Source: Kondoa subrosea (Eukaryota). From it: a stretch of DNA of 64,000 bases. Under the pieces are notes generated by a model. The model saw only the letters and a list, made by a program, of their open reading frames with translations. It had not been told where the DNA came from and did not search any database. How positions within the stretch are numbered: the first letter of the stretch is position 1; every line of letters begins with the position of its first letter. This document shows, piece by piece, positions 38,110 through 51,878 of this stretch. Location: positions 2,324,678 to 2,388,677 of the forward strand of contig BCIN01000002.1 in the NCBI GenBank assembly GCA_039545335.1, given 5' to 3'. The translations under genes and the position numbers were made by a program.

Positions 38110-40261
38110 TTAGATAGATCCAGCATCACTATGAACACTGCGCTGTACTTCAAACTCTTTCTCAGACAGATGTTGCTGTTGTATTGGAGGGTAGGATTGG
38201 CTATCACGATCCAGAGCTAGAGGATAAGCAGGTGCAGGTTTTGTGTCTTGTTCTTCAGGTAGATCGAGAAGGAGTTCCCCAATCTCCTCGCTATCAAAAT
38301 ACATCTCAGCGAAATGTCTCTGTTTGAATGGACAAGAACATACGAATCAATACCAAGACGTTCTGCTTCTGCTGAGACTCTCAATGTAAGACCAGGGATG
38401 AAGTCCAGAATGATGACCAGAATGAGAGTGACTGCGAAACTATAGCCCTGCAGCAGTCAAGAAGTACGAAGATTAACAAACAATCAATTGGTAGCTAAGA
38501 AGCCCTTGGCTTACGATTGTAGCGAAAGAAGAAGCTGCCTGGTAGCTGATCTGAGCCCAATGATGCTCGATGAAACCTCCCTTGATGATTTGTCCATCTA
38601 AAGCCGCGATAGAAGGAACAGCGAAGAAAGCGTTGCAGATTGAGCCGATGAAGCCTCCGACGCAATGTACGGCGAAGACTACGACACAGGGATCTTAGCT
38701 TCACTTATGAACGAAGAAACAGTACATACTGTCTAAAGTTTCGTCAATGTGCAATAAGAACTTGATCCGAGTTGCAAAGTTTGCACCCAAAGCTCCAAGA
38801 AAACCGATAGCTAATGCTGATGGTGCAGAGACTGTAAAAGTAGCAATCTCAGGCATGCTAAAATCAACCACCAAAGATGCTCACCATATCCCGCACAAGG
38901 TGTAATACTGACAAGTCCTGTAATAATTCCGCTGCAAAGACTGATGACCGCTATATCCTATGTGAGTTATATCCGAGGATTCGAAGAAATGGTAGACTTA
39001 CAATACTTGCGCTCTAGTCGATAATCGCACAGAAGCCAAGTTAGACCACCCATTGATGCAGAAATCAGAGTGACGAAAGCCGCTTGTGCAGCTCGAAGAT
39101 TGGCGGACATCGCAGATCCACCATTGAAGCCAAGCCAACCAAACATAAGCAGCGCAGTTCCCAAAACGACAGCGCCAGTATCGTTAGGTCGGTATGAAAG
39201 CTCTTGCGAACCATAACCTCGTCTATAAGTAGGAACAGAAGGATCAAAGACTGTAGCAACTTCACATGATTAAGCATACCTCTTGCCTAGCCACCAACTG
39301 TATGCCAACGCAGCTGACCCGCAATTCATGCTGAGGTTTGCGTTAGACAGAATCGATGCATATCGAGAAGAACTTACTGAACCGGTGCTCCGCCAGCAAA
39401 GTCTAATGCACCCAATTTGTTTGCCCAGCCTTCAGGACTCCAGTGCCAGTGAGCCTGAGCACGAATTCAGCTTGCTGCTTTGCTTGCATTGTCATGAGAT
39501 AGCTCACGATAGGAGCGTATACTAGTGTAGACCAAAGGATAGCAAGAACGATTACAGGCAATAGTCTACCTCTTTCGGCAGCAGCGGGAAGCCAGAGTCT
39601 GCAAAAAGCGGTCAGCCATGACTTCCCCAGTTGAATACGCGTGGACTGAAAGCGCACGCAGGTGTAACAGTTGCGAAAGCTAGCTGATATAGAGCGAAAG
39701 AGATAGTGGGAATGCGTGCACTTCCTGGAGAGGGTTTCTCCATAGCTATACGCTAATGTTAGACCGTTCTTGGCGCAATTCTGACGATGCTCACCATCTA
39801 TCATGCCGAATTGCTTGAGATCACCAATGAAGCCGTTGCCATTTGAGTAGGTCAGACTATAGCCGAAGAGCATCCATTGTATGGTGACTACCAGAAACAC
39901 AACGGCCACTATCCAAAGACTTGACAACGCGCTTTTCCTTCGGAGGAGACCAGAGTAGAAGTAGCCAGCACCTTGATTGAACGTATTAGCTGAGATGGAG
40001 CAACCGCGAATCGCAAACATACCCGGTGTCATAATTATGCTATGTTGGAAGAAAGAAAGATAAGTCAATCATATCGCGTAGTTCTTCGATATACTCACAC
40101 CAGGGCAGTGGAAGCCAATACCCAGGCAATATCTGAATTTCCATGAGTATCAGGAAATCGGTCGATTTTGATTACTTACCTCCATTGTTATATAGGTGAG
40201 TGGTTCCATCCTTGAGTGTGACTATAGTATCGTAGCTATCACTCCATGAGACATTGACCAT
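38110..40261 (-). CDS. Ammonium transporter (Amt/Mep), twin-His type
   Basis: YFYSGL, AAAERGR, DFAGGAPVH, FGWLGFNGGS, DETLD|VFAVHCVGG; both pore histidines present. Confidence 0.95.
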
Positions 40262-40566
40262 CTTGAGAGTGTAAGGAAAAGAGAAAAGTTGATGACAAGA
40301 TGTGAACGACACCAAGGACACACAAGTAAGCGCGGCTTAGATTGCGGGAGAAAGAGCCTTGATTCACAAGTGTCCGTCAAACTCGCGCTTCACCCACGTT
40401 CAATTACGAAAGGAAAGAAGATGGTTTCTTACTTTTTCGAAGCTGTCGATTTTGATTGAACTTGAAAGAATCCATGGTAGATCACCTTCGTATTTCCTCG
40501 GATACAGTAATTGAGCGTTTTGCTTCTATTTCTGTGCTGAGTGAGCAGTTTTGTGCTTGTTTACGC

Positions 40567-41539
40567 ATGTCCAGGCAGAATTCTGAGATAAAGGACACAG
40601 ACTCTATTCCTCCAACCAGCGTTGAAGATAGCACCATGGTCTCCTCTAGTCGAGGATACGTGTTGAAGAAAGCCAAGAGTTCCGCAAACGTCGGTGCTGC
40701 TTCGCTTTTGGACGTTCCCAACAGGCGCATAGACAACAGGACAACAAGTAGACCAGATCTACCAACCAGCGTTCGAAGCATCTCGTCGAGCGATATCGGT
40801 TCCTCAACTTCACTTTCGACACCTTCTCTAGTTTCTGATACATCGAGATCTTCCTCCAGCTCATACACTCATACAATATCCCGATCAAACACAAGGGAGT
40901 CGATCCAAAGCGCAGACTTTGATCGGCCATTTTAGTCAGTCAAATTCGATTGGATTTCTTTTTTCTGACGACGAAACGAGCAGTTCTTTGATGGTCAGAC
41001 CAGATGAAGATTTAATTCAACCGATCGAAGAGAAGATGGAAAGCGCAAGTGAAACCAGTAGCATGAGATCATCAACTCCATCAAGTTTGCAATTTCATCA
41101 ATTCAGAGATCGCGAATCAGGTCCTGCTATAATCACGACCATTCGGACAACAACAGTTGCAAAGCATAGATCAAATTACGGAACTCATACATACATCTTC
41201 TCGTGGTCTTACACCACTGAAACAGCAAAACGCAAGCGATCCAACAATTCGATCTTTAGGTGAAGAAGAGCAAGAGGAGATAATATCGCCCGCTGAAGCG
41301 ACCAAGAGCTTCATGCGAAAGATACTGAGGCAGAAACCTTTGATACCGGAGAAAGACAACAAGCCATTGCCCACACCGAAGGAGAAAGCCAAATTTGCCG
41401 GAGGTGGAAGAGGCGGATTTGCAAAGTCGGTACATCTCGGTGAGTCTTTCTTAACACACGTACACGCTTGCAGAGCTGACGGCAATAAATCAGGCAAACA
41501 GGTGTAGCTTTCGTGGATCGGAGCGTGAATATGATGTAA
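40567..41539 (+). CDS. Ser-rich disordered hypothetical protein
   Basis: Three overlapping ORFs can be joined by short introns (e.g. GTCAGT 40935..CAG 40983); FAGGGRGG near the C-terminus. One junction is uncertain. Confidence 0.6.
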
Positions 41540-41644
41540 AGGGTTAATGGGATGTACTGACTGACACGTATATAATTAGGGCTACTCTCGATCTGTAGTA
41601 TATCATGTAAACTCACTTATATGCTATTAATTGCAGCACTTTCT

Positions 41645-43280
41645 TCAACGCCTTCGCTTGTTCTTCTTCTTCGAAGGCAGATCCGCAACCACTTCCTCTT
41701 CTCTATCTCTATTATCGCCTTCTTCTCTCCCACGTTTCCTATTGAACTTCTTCTTGCTATCACTTCCACCTAATCCTTTTTCTCTAATCTCCTTGACAGC
41801 TTCTCTTTGCGCTTCTCCCACTCTTTCACTAAGTAAAGCTACCGCATTCTTATCATGAGGGAATTCCATCATTTTCTTTCCTATAACACCTTCAATCCTT
41901 TGTAACAGTTCTACATCATACTGAGTAACCAAAGTTATTGATTTTCCTGCTCGACCAGCTCGAGCAGTTCGACCAACTCGATGAATGTAATCTTTTGAAT
42001 GCGTTGGTATATCGAAATTGATCACATAGTCCACTGCAGGGATATCTAGACCACGTGAAGCGACATCTGTAGCAACCATGATTGTTCTTCCTCCTGATTT
42101 GAACTTGTTTAGTGCGCCCAGACGATTTGATTGAGAGAGTTGACCATGAAGAGGTATAGCTGAGAAGCCAAGGAGACGAAGAATGATTGCGATTCGGTGA
42201 GCATCGTGAACTGTTCGAACAAAGATGATACATGAATGACCAGAAAGCTCGTTGATGAGGTATACGAGAAAAGCGTCCTTTTGCACGAAGGGGAAGAAGA
42301 GGTAGTACTGAAGAAGGGAATCGACTGTCGAGTATTTTGAGGAGACTTCCAATTTGACAGGATTGTTCAGTGATGCTCTCTGCAGTTTTGCTACTTTCGT
42401 TGTCATTGTAGCAGAGAACAGAAACGTTCGTCGCTCTCTAGGGATGACCTTGAGGATCTTGTCGATTACTGGTCCGAAGTCCATGTCGAGCAACCGATCA
42501 GCTTCATCCATGACCTGTCAAGGTCAACATCATCAGCTTAAAGCAAGATGACGATTAAGACTACTGACCAAGTACTTGAGCGATTTTAGGCTAAAACCTT
42601 TCGTGTTATGCAAATGATCTTCAAGTCGACCGGGAGTAGCGACAAGAATATGTGGACGCTTCGACAAAGCGATAGATTGGGACATCATATCCATTCCACC
42701 AACGATGACTGCACAGCGAACTCCAATTGTAGATCCTAAGGCAGTGAACTGTTCCGATATCTGGTAGGCCAATTCTCTACATCGCTTCATCAATAGTGAA
42801 CCCTACATAGCCGCATATAGCTAACCTAGTTGGGGCCAATACGCATGCAAACAAAGGCTGCGGGTTTTCCCAAAGTGCTTGCAAAATAGGTAAAGCGAAA
42901 GCAGCAGTTTTGCCTGAACCAGTCTGAGCCAACCCAATGATGTCTCGATCTTGTATAGCATAAGGAATAGACTGCGCTTGAATGTCTGTCGGTTTCTTGA
43001 AACCCAATTGCACGCATGCTTGACATAATGGCTCAATGATGCCTAAGGAAGCGAAAGTTTGATCTGGTTCCTCGTCTTTCTGCGTATCCACAGTCTCCCC
43101 AGCTGCTTCATTCACATCCAATTCCTCCTCTTCTTCGTCTGAACTTGAGCCGCTCGCACTTGCATTTTCCAAAATCTCATTCTCGAGCAAATTTGCATCT
43201 GGAGTAGGCAGCTTTGACGTAGAAGCAACTGGCGATCTATCTTGTGGCTTTTTAGCAACTTTTAGTGCGGATTTAGCCAT
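41645..43280 (-). CDS. RRP3: DEAD-box rRNA helicase Rrp3/DDX47
   Basis: Q motif, [52 protein letters not shown] is typical of Rrp3. Confidence 0.95.
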
Positions 43281-43441
43281 CTTGCTCTCGTGGTTAGAAG
43301 CAAGTTGTGGAAAATTGGTGAACAAATGTCATTGTACAATATAAGTACATAGTGCGGCCTAATATGCATGCTTGAAAGCTCCTCTTCTAGTTTAAGACAT
43401 CTGTCTCTTGGAGAAGTGTCATTTTACAATATGCAAATACC

Positions 43442-46413
43442 TCAGTGCGGCCTGTCATGCTTGCCCAAAAGCTCCTCTTCCAATTTGATGCATTTATCTC
43501 TAGCCTTCAGATATTCTCGCCGCAGTACATCGCTACACAAAAGATTAGCATCGAAACATCAATCTGCATCAACGAGACTCACTATGAGACAGTAGGTTGA
43601 CTGAGCGGCAATCTTTTCTCGTCTCCCAGAGAACGAATCTTCCTGTTGAGCATTTCGATCTCTCCTTCAAGTTTGGCAATGGTTTCTCCTTGGGAGCTGT
43701 AGGCAATCAAATCAACGCGGACATTAGCATGACGCTAAAGTCAGCGAGGGCAAGGCATACCTTAGCTTTTCACGAAGCTCGTTAGCTTGACGGTCGTTGC
43801 TTTCATCGAGCTGAGCTGCAGATCGCAATGCAGCGAGCAGAGCGTCCATTCGAGCTTCTTGCTCGTGATACTTGAGCAGGTCCTCATCCCTACTTCGTTT
43901 CAGCAAGACTCAACGCAAGTGATATTCAAGGCTCACCACCGGACGAGGTTCTGACTGAGTTTGTCTATCCAAGCTTCCATATGGCCCAGCTTAGCAATCT
44001 TGGGTTTCTCGTTTTCTATTTGCGCCTCGAGATCAAACACCCTGTAGGTTTTCAGTAGCACTCACATCAGCTTAACGCTGACAGTAGAGTCTCCTAAACC
44101 CACCTCGCGCCCATTGCTTCCAAACCATCACTCTGTAAACTCAATTGCGATCTAGCTTCTTCCAGCTGAAGCTTCACATTTTCATACTCAGAGGACCAAG
44201 TCTTTTTCTCTTCTTTGAGTGAATTGTTTCTAGTCTTGTATTCATTTTCCCACCTCGCGTGAGCTTTCCGACTCAAAGCGGTTTCTTCTCGAAGTTTATC
44301 TAAAGCAGCTTGTTTCTCGCTTAATTGATTTCTAAGATGTTTATTGAATTGGACCTGTTCGCATGCCCGAATTTTAAGCTGAGGGAAACAGCTAAAAGAC
44401 AGGTGAATAACGAACCAAAGTTTGTCTTTCGGCCTCGAAACCACTTTCCATGACTTTTTGTCTATGCAAGATTCCCATATGTTGATGGTGTTGGGTTTTG
44501 AGGTATTGTTCATAATTCAATTCAGCTCTTAACAGTTCAATTTCCCTTTGCATCGAATTTGGGTTTTTGTTGGATTGTGCTAAATAGGAAGAAGCGGAAT
44601 CGAGAGACATAGCATTGACGCGTTGAACAAGAGGTTGAACAAGATCTGAGTGCATTGAAGATGGTGAAGGCGAACGAGATTGAGATTCGTCGGGACTACG
44701 AGATTGAATGAATGATCCTGATCTGGACATTGGCCAGACTATTGTTCCCGAAGGAGTTCGACGATGTTGAGGTAGTACAGGAGTAGCAGGTATCGAAGGG
44801 AGCATGTAGAATTTCTCGCAATCGTTAATGACAGCCGCTGCTTCTGAACGAGACCATCGATTCTTCAGTCCGGCGAGTTCCATTTCAACATTGGAAGAAA
44901 TGAGTTCAGGTTGTAGAGAATGAAGCTGCACGAAAGCCTGTAAACAATCATCAATCACCATCAACATCATGTCAAAGATTTATGAGATTGCTTACCTCGG
45001 AATATAGACCGACGTCCTTCAGCCCCAAGGTTGGCTCATCCCATTCTCTCGCAAAAGGAACCAACCAATCTTGTCCTCTTAGGAACTGTATTGGTGTTTT
45101 AAGAAAGGCAAAGAAATTGCAGGGCAATAAACCATAAAGATAAGTAAAAATTGGTCTAGCCGGAAGCGTACTTTCTTCCACGTCGACTTGTATATGAGTA
45201 GTGTAGGACCATTTGACGTCTGGCTTGAGTTTGGGCTGGGGGAGCACTGTAGAAGAAGGTGGAACGCTTTGGCCAGAGTGAGCCTCGGTGATTGTGATGA
45301 CTGATGCAGTTCGAGCCAAAGACCGAGACATGTTGATAGTCTTGGCGTAAACAGCGAAAAGAAGAGGGATGTAAGGTGCAAGATTTGAAGGAATGCGGGG
45401 AAGTAGAATAAGCATGGAAGTCAACCCTAGTCTGCACTAGTGATCAGTGACAGTATAGGCCCAATCTATGGTGCTTACTGTACGATATGAGGATCCTGCT
45501 CAAGCAATATACACAGCAGTAGCTGTTCGAAAAGATTGACAGGTAGAGTATGATGAGCCAACTTGGCTTGGATTTTCAGGAAGCACGACAGTAGCAGTAG
45601 AAGAGCTGATCGATTTTGAACTTGCAGAGGTAGCGCAGAAGCCAGATATGCAAAGAAGGTCTGTCAGAATAGAGAGATCTTAGCTCATTTGAGCGAATTG
45701 ACCACTGATTTACTGACCTTCGGCCTGAGGTAACCAAGCGAGCATAGCACATCCTGGATATCCCTAATCTCCTTCTCCTTCGTCTTCGCATCATCGTGGC
45801 CATGAATGCCCGTCGGTCTTCTAACTAGACTTGCATATTCGCCTATCATATTGCTCTCAAACTTCCCAAGATCACTTGCTACACCAGTATCCGATTTGCC
45901 TTGGAAAGACCATGCTAATAGTGATTTGGCAGCAGCGAGACCTTCTCTTCCCATCGTGAAATGAGTGCCTTCGCTTGAGGAAGGAAGCAGAACTTTCCTC
46001 AGCAGAGCAGGCCAGAGAGTACTGATCTGCTCTCTCTGTAGAACTAGGCTGTCGTCCGAAGTATCATCTGACGACTGACAGCATAGCTTTGCCAGACAAA
46101 TCAACCAAGCACTGATTCGACCTGGTCTTCTATGCTTCCAAGCCGTATTTGGTAGACTCAGCGAGATCTCTATGAGGAGATTGACCAGCTTCTGTTGTTC
46201 TTGATAAGCTTCTTGTTTCGCTTCTTTGCTGGCATTTCCAGTTGATGACCTTGAGAGCGAGACATCCTTGGATGCTGTGAGATACTGCTCTATCAATTCC
46301 AGCAGACTAGCGGGCGGCGAGAGCGAAGGAAACGTTTGCGTAGATTCTGGACTGAAGACAGCTTTCAAGCTCCTTGACAGATCACGACGGAGATTAGGTA
46401 TATTTGAGCTCAT
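43442..46413 (-). CDS. TSC1: Hamartin (TSC1)
   Basis: FTYLYGLLPCNF, ELAGLKNRW, LRAELNYEQYLKTQHHQHMGILHR...EAERQTL, C-terminal coiled coil. Confidence 0.85.
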
Positions 46414-46705
46414 TGGTATGCCAGACAAGCGAAAGTATCGTTTCTACAGGTTCTGGGGTATGGGCATGTCGCAGTTTGACTCCAACAGCAACAACAAATG
46501 ACATTACAACACAGCATCACGAACGGATCTTGCACTTGTTACACGCCTCAATCCCTCTCACTGTCTCTTCTAGAATTTCCAGAGCTATTGCTATGCTTCC
46601 GCGAATGACCCTTCAAGTTCTTTGTAATCTTTGCCATTTTTTCAGCGTTGCGCGAAACAGAAGTAGGCGCTACTGAGGTCGATGCATCCGGTGACATTGC
46701 CCATG

Positions 46706-48775
46706 CTAGACTAGGAACGACTGAAGGTGCACTTGCAAAGGGAGAAGAGGGGCCTTTCTGTTCTAGCCAAGCATCGATCTTTGAAGGTTTCCGCGAATGA
46801 CCTTTAGATCCCTCTGAAAGATTACGTCGATGACCTGAAGCTGTCGGTATAGGCTTGACCGGAGATTCGACTATAGTAGTAGGTGGAGGAAGAACCGCTT
46901 TCTGTACCAGAGTCTTATGAGTAATCTTTGGTGCTCAGGTCGGACAACTTACAGGCGAAGAAACCCAAGCACTGATCTTGGTAAACTTACCGTTCGTGGG
47001 AGTCTTCGGACTTACTTGTTCCGCTTGCGTGAACAAAGTGCTTTGACGAATTGGCGCTGCTTTGCGAGCGGTCTGTTTCTGCCATCCTGCTACTACATGG
47101 AAAAGTCAAGATGTGTTTCAATAACTTGCAAGTGATGACAGACATCTAGTGTTGTCCGTCAATCTTCGTATTTGCGTCTCTTCTGCAGATCTAGACCTGA
47201 CGTGCGTTTTCCGAGGTGTTCGAGCAGGTGAGGGCGTTTCAGGACTTTCCAATTCTTCATACCCGTTATCTACGTCTTCTAACCAAGTCTCTTCGTCCTC
47301 TTCCTGCCCTCGACCGCTTCGACGTTTGACATGAGCTCTCAAGCGAGATTCATACTGCGCTCGCTTGATTTCCAATCTTTTCTTAGCTAGTTCCAACTCC
47401 ACTCTAGCTTGCAATTCTTCTTCACGTTGAAGCCATTCCGGATCATCCAATCCTGGTCCCCCTTCACTTGCAGGTGCGAAAGAGTAGACTTCTTCAGCTT
47501 GAGGTTCGTAAGACGTCGCTCGAGGGAAAGGAGGTCTGGATAACATGTAAGGTTGACCGTAAGCATCTAAAGTAGCTGTCTGATGAGCGGCAGGTAGAGA
47601 AGATAAGTTGAAAGAGTTCTTTGATACTCCAGATCCGATTGAGGCGTTTGAATCGATCCAAACAGCTTTTCGAACAGTAGCGCTTATGTTTCTTTTTCGA
47701 CACAGAAGCCAAAGACCTAATATAGCGAGCAGAGTGCCCACAGCGGCAATGATTGGAATGATGGTGGAAAGATTGCTCTTGCTTGATGATCCATTTTGCT
47801 TCGTAGGTGAAATAATAAGATCTTCGAGGCAGACACCGAGACGATTGACCATTGTCCCGGATGAGCAATCTGCAGCGACACAGCTGCCTTTATTCAAGAC
47901 GAAATCGTCAGGACAAGAGAGGCAACCGGTTGCATTCGAAGAGAAGCACCTGGAAGAACTCGATGAGCATCATGCATGGTTTCTTCCAGGAAGGACTACT
48001 GACGTTGCACAAGACTTGTCGCAGACAGAACAGCCATCTGTTCCGCTGAACTGTCCTTTAGGACACCATACTGTTGAATTCGTAGTAGCAGAAGCTAGGT
48101 GTATCAGGATCAGCATGGATACTCCAAGTAATCAAAATTGACAGACCTGGTTGAACGCCTCTCAAAGACAAAGCAGATCCTCCCAGATTCCACGATCTGA
48201 CATCAGATATCGAATCCCAGACCGACATCTGCTTTTCCGTTATGGTTCCATTTACATCTGGCTGATAGTAGATTTGATATAAGTCCATGACAGACACATC
48301 ATGCGTAGTGACATACTGAAGCTCCCATCGAAAACAAAGCGAAATAGCCATCGGCGATAATAAGAGAAAGGACTCCAGAGCTATTCCTGTTATTCCCATT
48401 ACTATATAATGCGCCAGAGAAAGCCAGAACTTGAGTTGATGTGTCAAGCGTCACGGAAGAAGAGGAATTCTGAGCTTCATAAACGAATCCTTGACCAGCT
48501 GCTATTTGAACTTCTTCTTGCGTGTGATTACCAAGATAATAGCTCAAGAAGGAAGAATCTGCTTTCGGAACAGCGGTGGAAAGCGTGTAATTGCCTTGCA
48601 ACAAGAGCAAGGATTGCACGTCATTATCCGGACGAGTAAGGAGTACGCCAATGCTTGAGTTAGAGACGTTGTCGGATAACATGCATCCTGATGGAGCGCA
48701 GATAGCATGCTTGCCAGCTATTCCCTTGATGAATAAACTGTTTATCAAGCAGAAAGACCATAGAAGGACTCTCAT
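46706..48775 (-). CDS. Type I membrane protein with signal peptide and Cys-rich furin-like (growth-factor-receptor-like) segment
   Basis: MRVLLWSFCLINSLF signal; CPKG...CSVCDKSC...CLSCPDDFVLNKGSC...GVCLEDL; TM IIPIIAAVGTLLAILGLWLLC followed by RKR; disordered cytosolic tail. 3' end approximate. Confidence 0.78.
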
Positions 48776-49228
48776 TTGCCAGCAGAGATCATCAGGCAAA
48801 GTAAAAGAGAGAAGAAGAGCAATTCGAGGAGGCACTTTGAGATTACACGATCCGACTCAATCAAAGCATAAAGGGAGAAAAAACAGCTTCTTCACTCGCG
48901 GCCAATCAGGCGATAGCATTACTAGCAGACCTTTCCGACGATTGCTGGAGCGGCCTCGACAGGCATAGCATGCCTTTCCACTTCCACTGGAAGGCAGATC
49001 CAATGATTCCAATCTTTCAAGGCAGGCTACTCTGCATGCACTCTCTTCTGCCAATCTGCTGGCTGTCTACGCTGTTGCACAGTATGAGCTCATTTCTTCG
49101 CTTCGTTTTTTTTGATCTATCGCTTCGCTGTCAATTGAGAAGCCCTTCCACGTGCGAACCTGAAAGCAATCTATACGTACAAATGCATTTCTCTCTTCTT
49201 TCTCTATCTATGACAGCCTAAAGGCTCA

Positions 49229-49894
49229 ATGGGAGCGAACCAAAGCGTCTACACTAGCGGAATAGGTGCCCGTCGTAAGCGTAGTCTTCTTGTCCGCAAA
49301 GTCCGTCAAATCAATGTGTTCGTGGATAGCTTACAGGCGGAACGATTGGTCTCCTTTGCTTGAAGCTCAAGGACGATTGTTTCGCTTGGAGAATAAGCAT
49401 GCAGCTTTCTTTGCAAAGTATGGGTATTACCAGCGAACTAGGATGTGAGTTGAGCTATTTTCTATGAACTTTTCCATGCTGAATGATTGCATGCCTCAGT
49501 AACGAGCTCATGACTGAAGCTGCGTTACTATGGGAAGGTCAGGCCTCGCTATGATTGTGAAGTATTTGGCTTCTCACTTAGCGGCTTTCGATCTGACAGG
49601 AGCGACAGCTTTCCAAGCACAAGCAAAAGCTCAGCATGCGAAGAATGACAACATCCAAGCTCAAGCATCTATGGTCCGTACAAATGTTTGCTCAGTACGC
49701 TTGTATTAAATGCAGAATTTGGCGTACAGCAAGAAGCCCGCCGACTAGCCCGCGAATACTCTCGTATGGTCGAAGAAGCTCAGCGTCTATTAGCTGAATG
49801 TCAAGCTATGGCTCTGCAGGAGAGACATCAAGGCGAACAAGCAAGAAGTCAAATCCGACAACAGTGGACTTTGAATTATATCAGGATGGTTTGA
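49229..49894 (+). CDS. Small helical hypothetical protein with an MGxxxS N-terminus
   Basis: MGANQS...; short exons join to ...QAQASM|QEARRLAREYSRMVEEAQRLLAECQ...; internal junctions partly uncertain. Confidence 0.55.
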
Positions 49895-50055
49895 TCGAGT
49901 CGATATTGGGTCTCTCGTCTGTATCTGTATCTAGTCATTCTTGTACTTCTTCCTTCAAGTTTGACATGGGAAGCCGCTTCTCCCAAACAGTGCCAGTGAC
50001 GAGCATATCCACAGAAAGTTTCTGCTTATATCCACGTTATATGGGAGGATCTTCA

Positions 50056-51832
50056 ATGATGAATGCCGTGTCAAAGTTATACCCAGCCAAGCAACATGCT
50101 ACCAAAGTTGTTGAACAATTGAATAAGCTATGCAAGGTGCCAACTCTAGCTCTGCTGTATCTCGAAGGAGAAGTCACTCGCGCAAGACATGATGTCCGCT
50201 CCCTCATTCTTTTACTTCTCCTAGTCGTAGCCTCATCCCTGTGACAGACTGATAGAGATCTGCCATTTCGTCAAGAGAGCAACTTCAGCTATCTTTGAGT
50301 ACTGTGTTTCAAGCCTTGTACCATACCTGAACTCTCCATGCAGTACTGGCTGTACTATTCCTGCTTCCAAGCTGTTAATCCAGAGCAGAAATGGAAAGAT
50401 CAGCTCAACGCTCTATGTACCTCCAGTCGACCCGAATCAAGTAATGTGGATGGGTCTTCCCGCTTCGTTGAAAGTAGTGAAAGAAACGCACGATGTGGAT
50501 GAAGTTCAAACTACCGATCAACTATCTTCTCATTTGAAAGAACTCCTCAAAGAGAAAGATGCAAAGCTCTTCCATTTTAAAGATGTTAAATCACCTGTTG
50601 ATGGTGTCAACAGCGATACGGATAATCTGTTGGACGCTATTCAAGAAGCTAGAATTGTCAAAACTGATTTCGAGATTGAGCTTATGCGGTATGCCATAAG
50701 TTCCACATTCGCTATCTGACTGATCGATTGATCAGTCATGCGAACAAGCTCTCATCTGCTGCTCATGAGCGATTGATGAAAGCTACTGCTTCTAGTAAAG
50801 TGAAGCGAGAAGATGAGGGTAGCGCGTTCTTTGAGTATGAATGCAAACGATATGGGTATGTATGACTTCAATTTCTACCATACTTCGAGCTAATCAATAA
50901 TTTTCTAGGTCAAAAGGACTTGCTTACGAATCGATTGTCGCTTACGGAAAGAACTCATCTACCTTGCATTACGTAGACAACGACTCGCCGTTCGTCAATC
51001 CAAACAGGGGTCATCTTCTCCTAGTGGATGCTGGCTGTGAATGGAAGAATTACGGTGCAGATATAACCCGAACTTATCCTATTGGCAATGGAGGCAAATT
51101 CACAGAAGAAGGTCGAAACATGTATGAATTGGTTTTAGCTATGCAAGAAACTTCGATGAAGAAGATGAAAGCCGGTGCAAGTTGGGAAGACATTCATCTA
51201 CATTGTCATCGGATGATCATTCAGGGCCTACTGAAGATTGGGGTCCTAATTCCTGGACCGCTGAAAGAAACTGGGAAAGAGCTGGAAGATAAGCTTTATG
51301 ATATGGATCTGTCTGTTCCTTTCTTCCCTCATGGTCTTGTAAGTCTGCGCTTTGACTTGGTCCAGGTTGACTGCTGATGTATTTCAACAAAGGGTCATCA
51401 ACTCGGTCTTGATGTACATGATCTGCCAAACAAGGCTTCTCGACCAGATGGACCATCAAAGAACCCAAAGAGCAAATATCTACGATATCTGAGACCTGTA
51501 TGTATCTGTGTCCGAAGTATCTTCCCAATCCTAAATTTGGTAACAGCTCTACGAGGGACAAGTCATCACTGTCGAGCCAGGAGTTTACTTCAATGAATAC
51601 CTTCTCGAACCGGTCAAGGACTCGCCGTATGTCAACCATGATCTACTGCAAAAATATCTCAAGGAGGGCGGTGTAAGAATAGGTGCGTCTCTGGTCTTTC
51701 CGGTCGGACTAAGCTGATCTAGTCGCAGAGGATGATGTGCTAGTCACAAAAGATGGAATAGAGAACCTGACAACAGCGATCAAAAGTGTAGCAGAAATTG
51801 AGGAGATGTGCAAACCGCCAAGCAGTGCTTGA
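50056..51832 (+). CDS. pepP: Xaa-Pro aminopeptidase (M24B, pepP-like)
   Basis: PFRQESNF, LHY, LVDAGCE, ADITRTYP, FPHGL|GHQLGLDVHD, TVEPGVYF, GGVRI|EDDVLVT; additional in-frame ATGs at 49966 and 50041. Confidence 0.93.
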
Positions 51833-51878
51833 AAAGATTGCAAATGACCAAATAACAGTGTAAGAATACTATATCTGA

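Noticed and set aside
40567..41539. Three overlapping ORFs suggesting programmed frameshifts
   Set aside because: Short introns can account for the frame changes; no slippery site needed.
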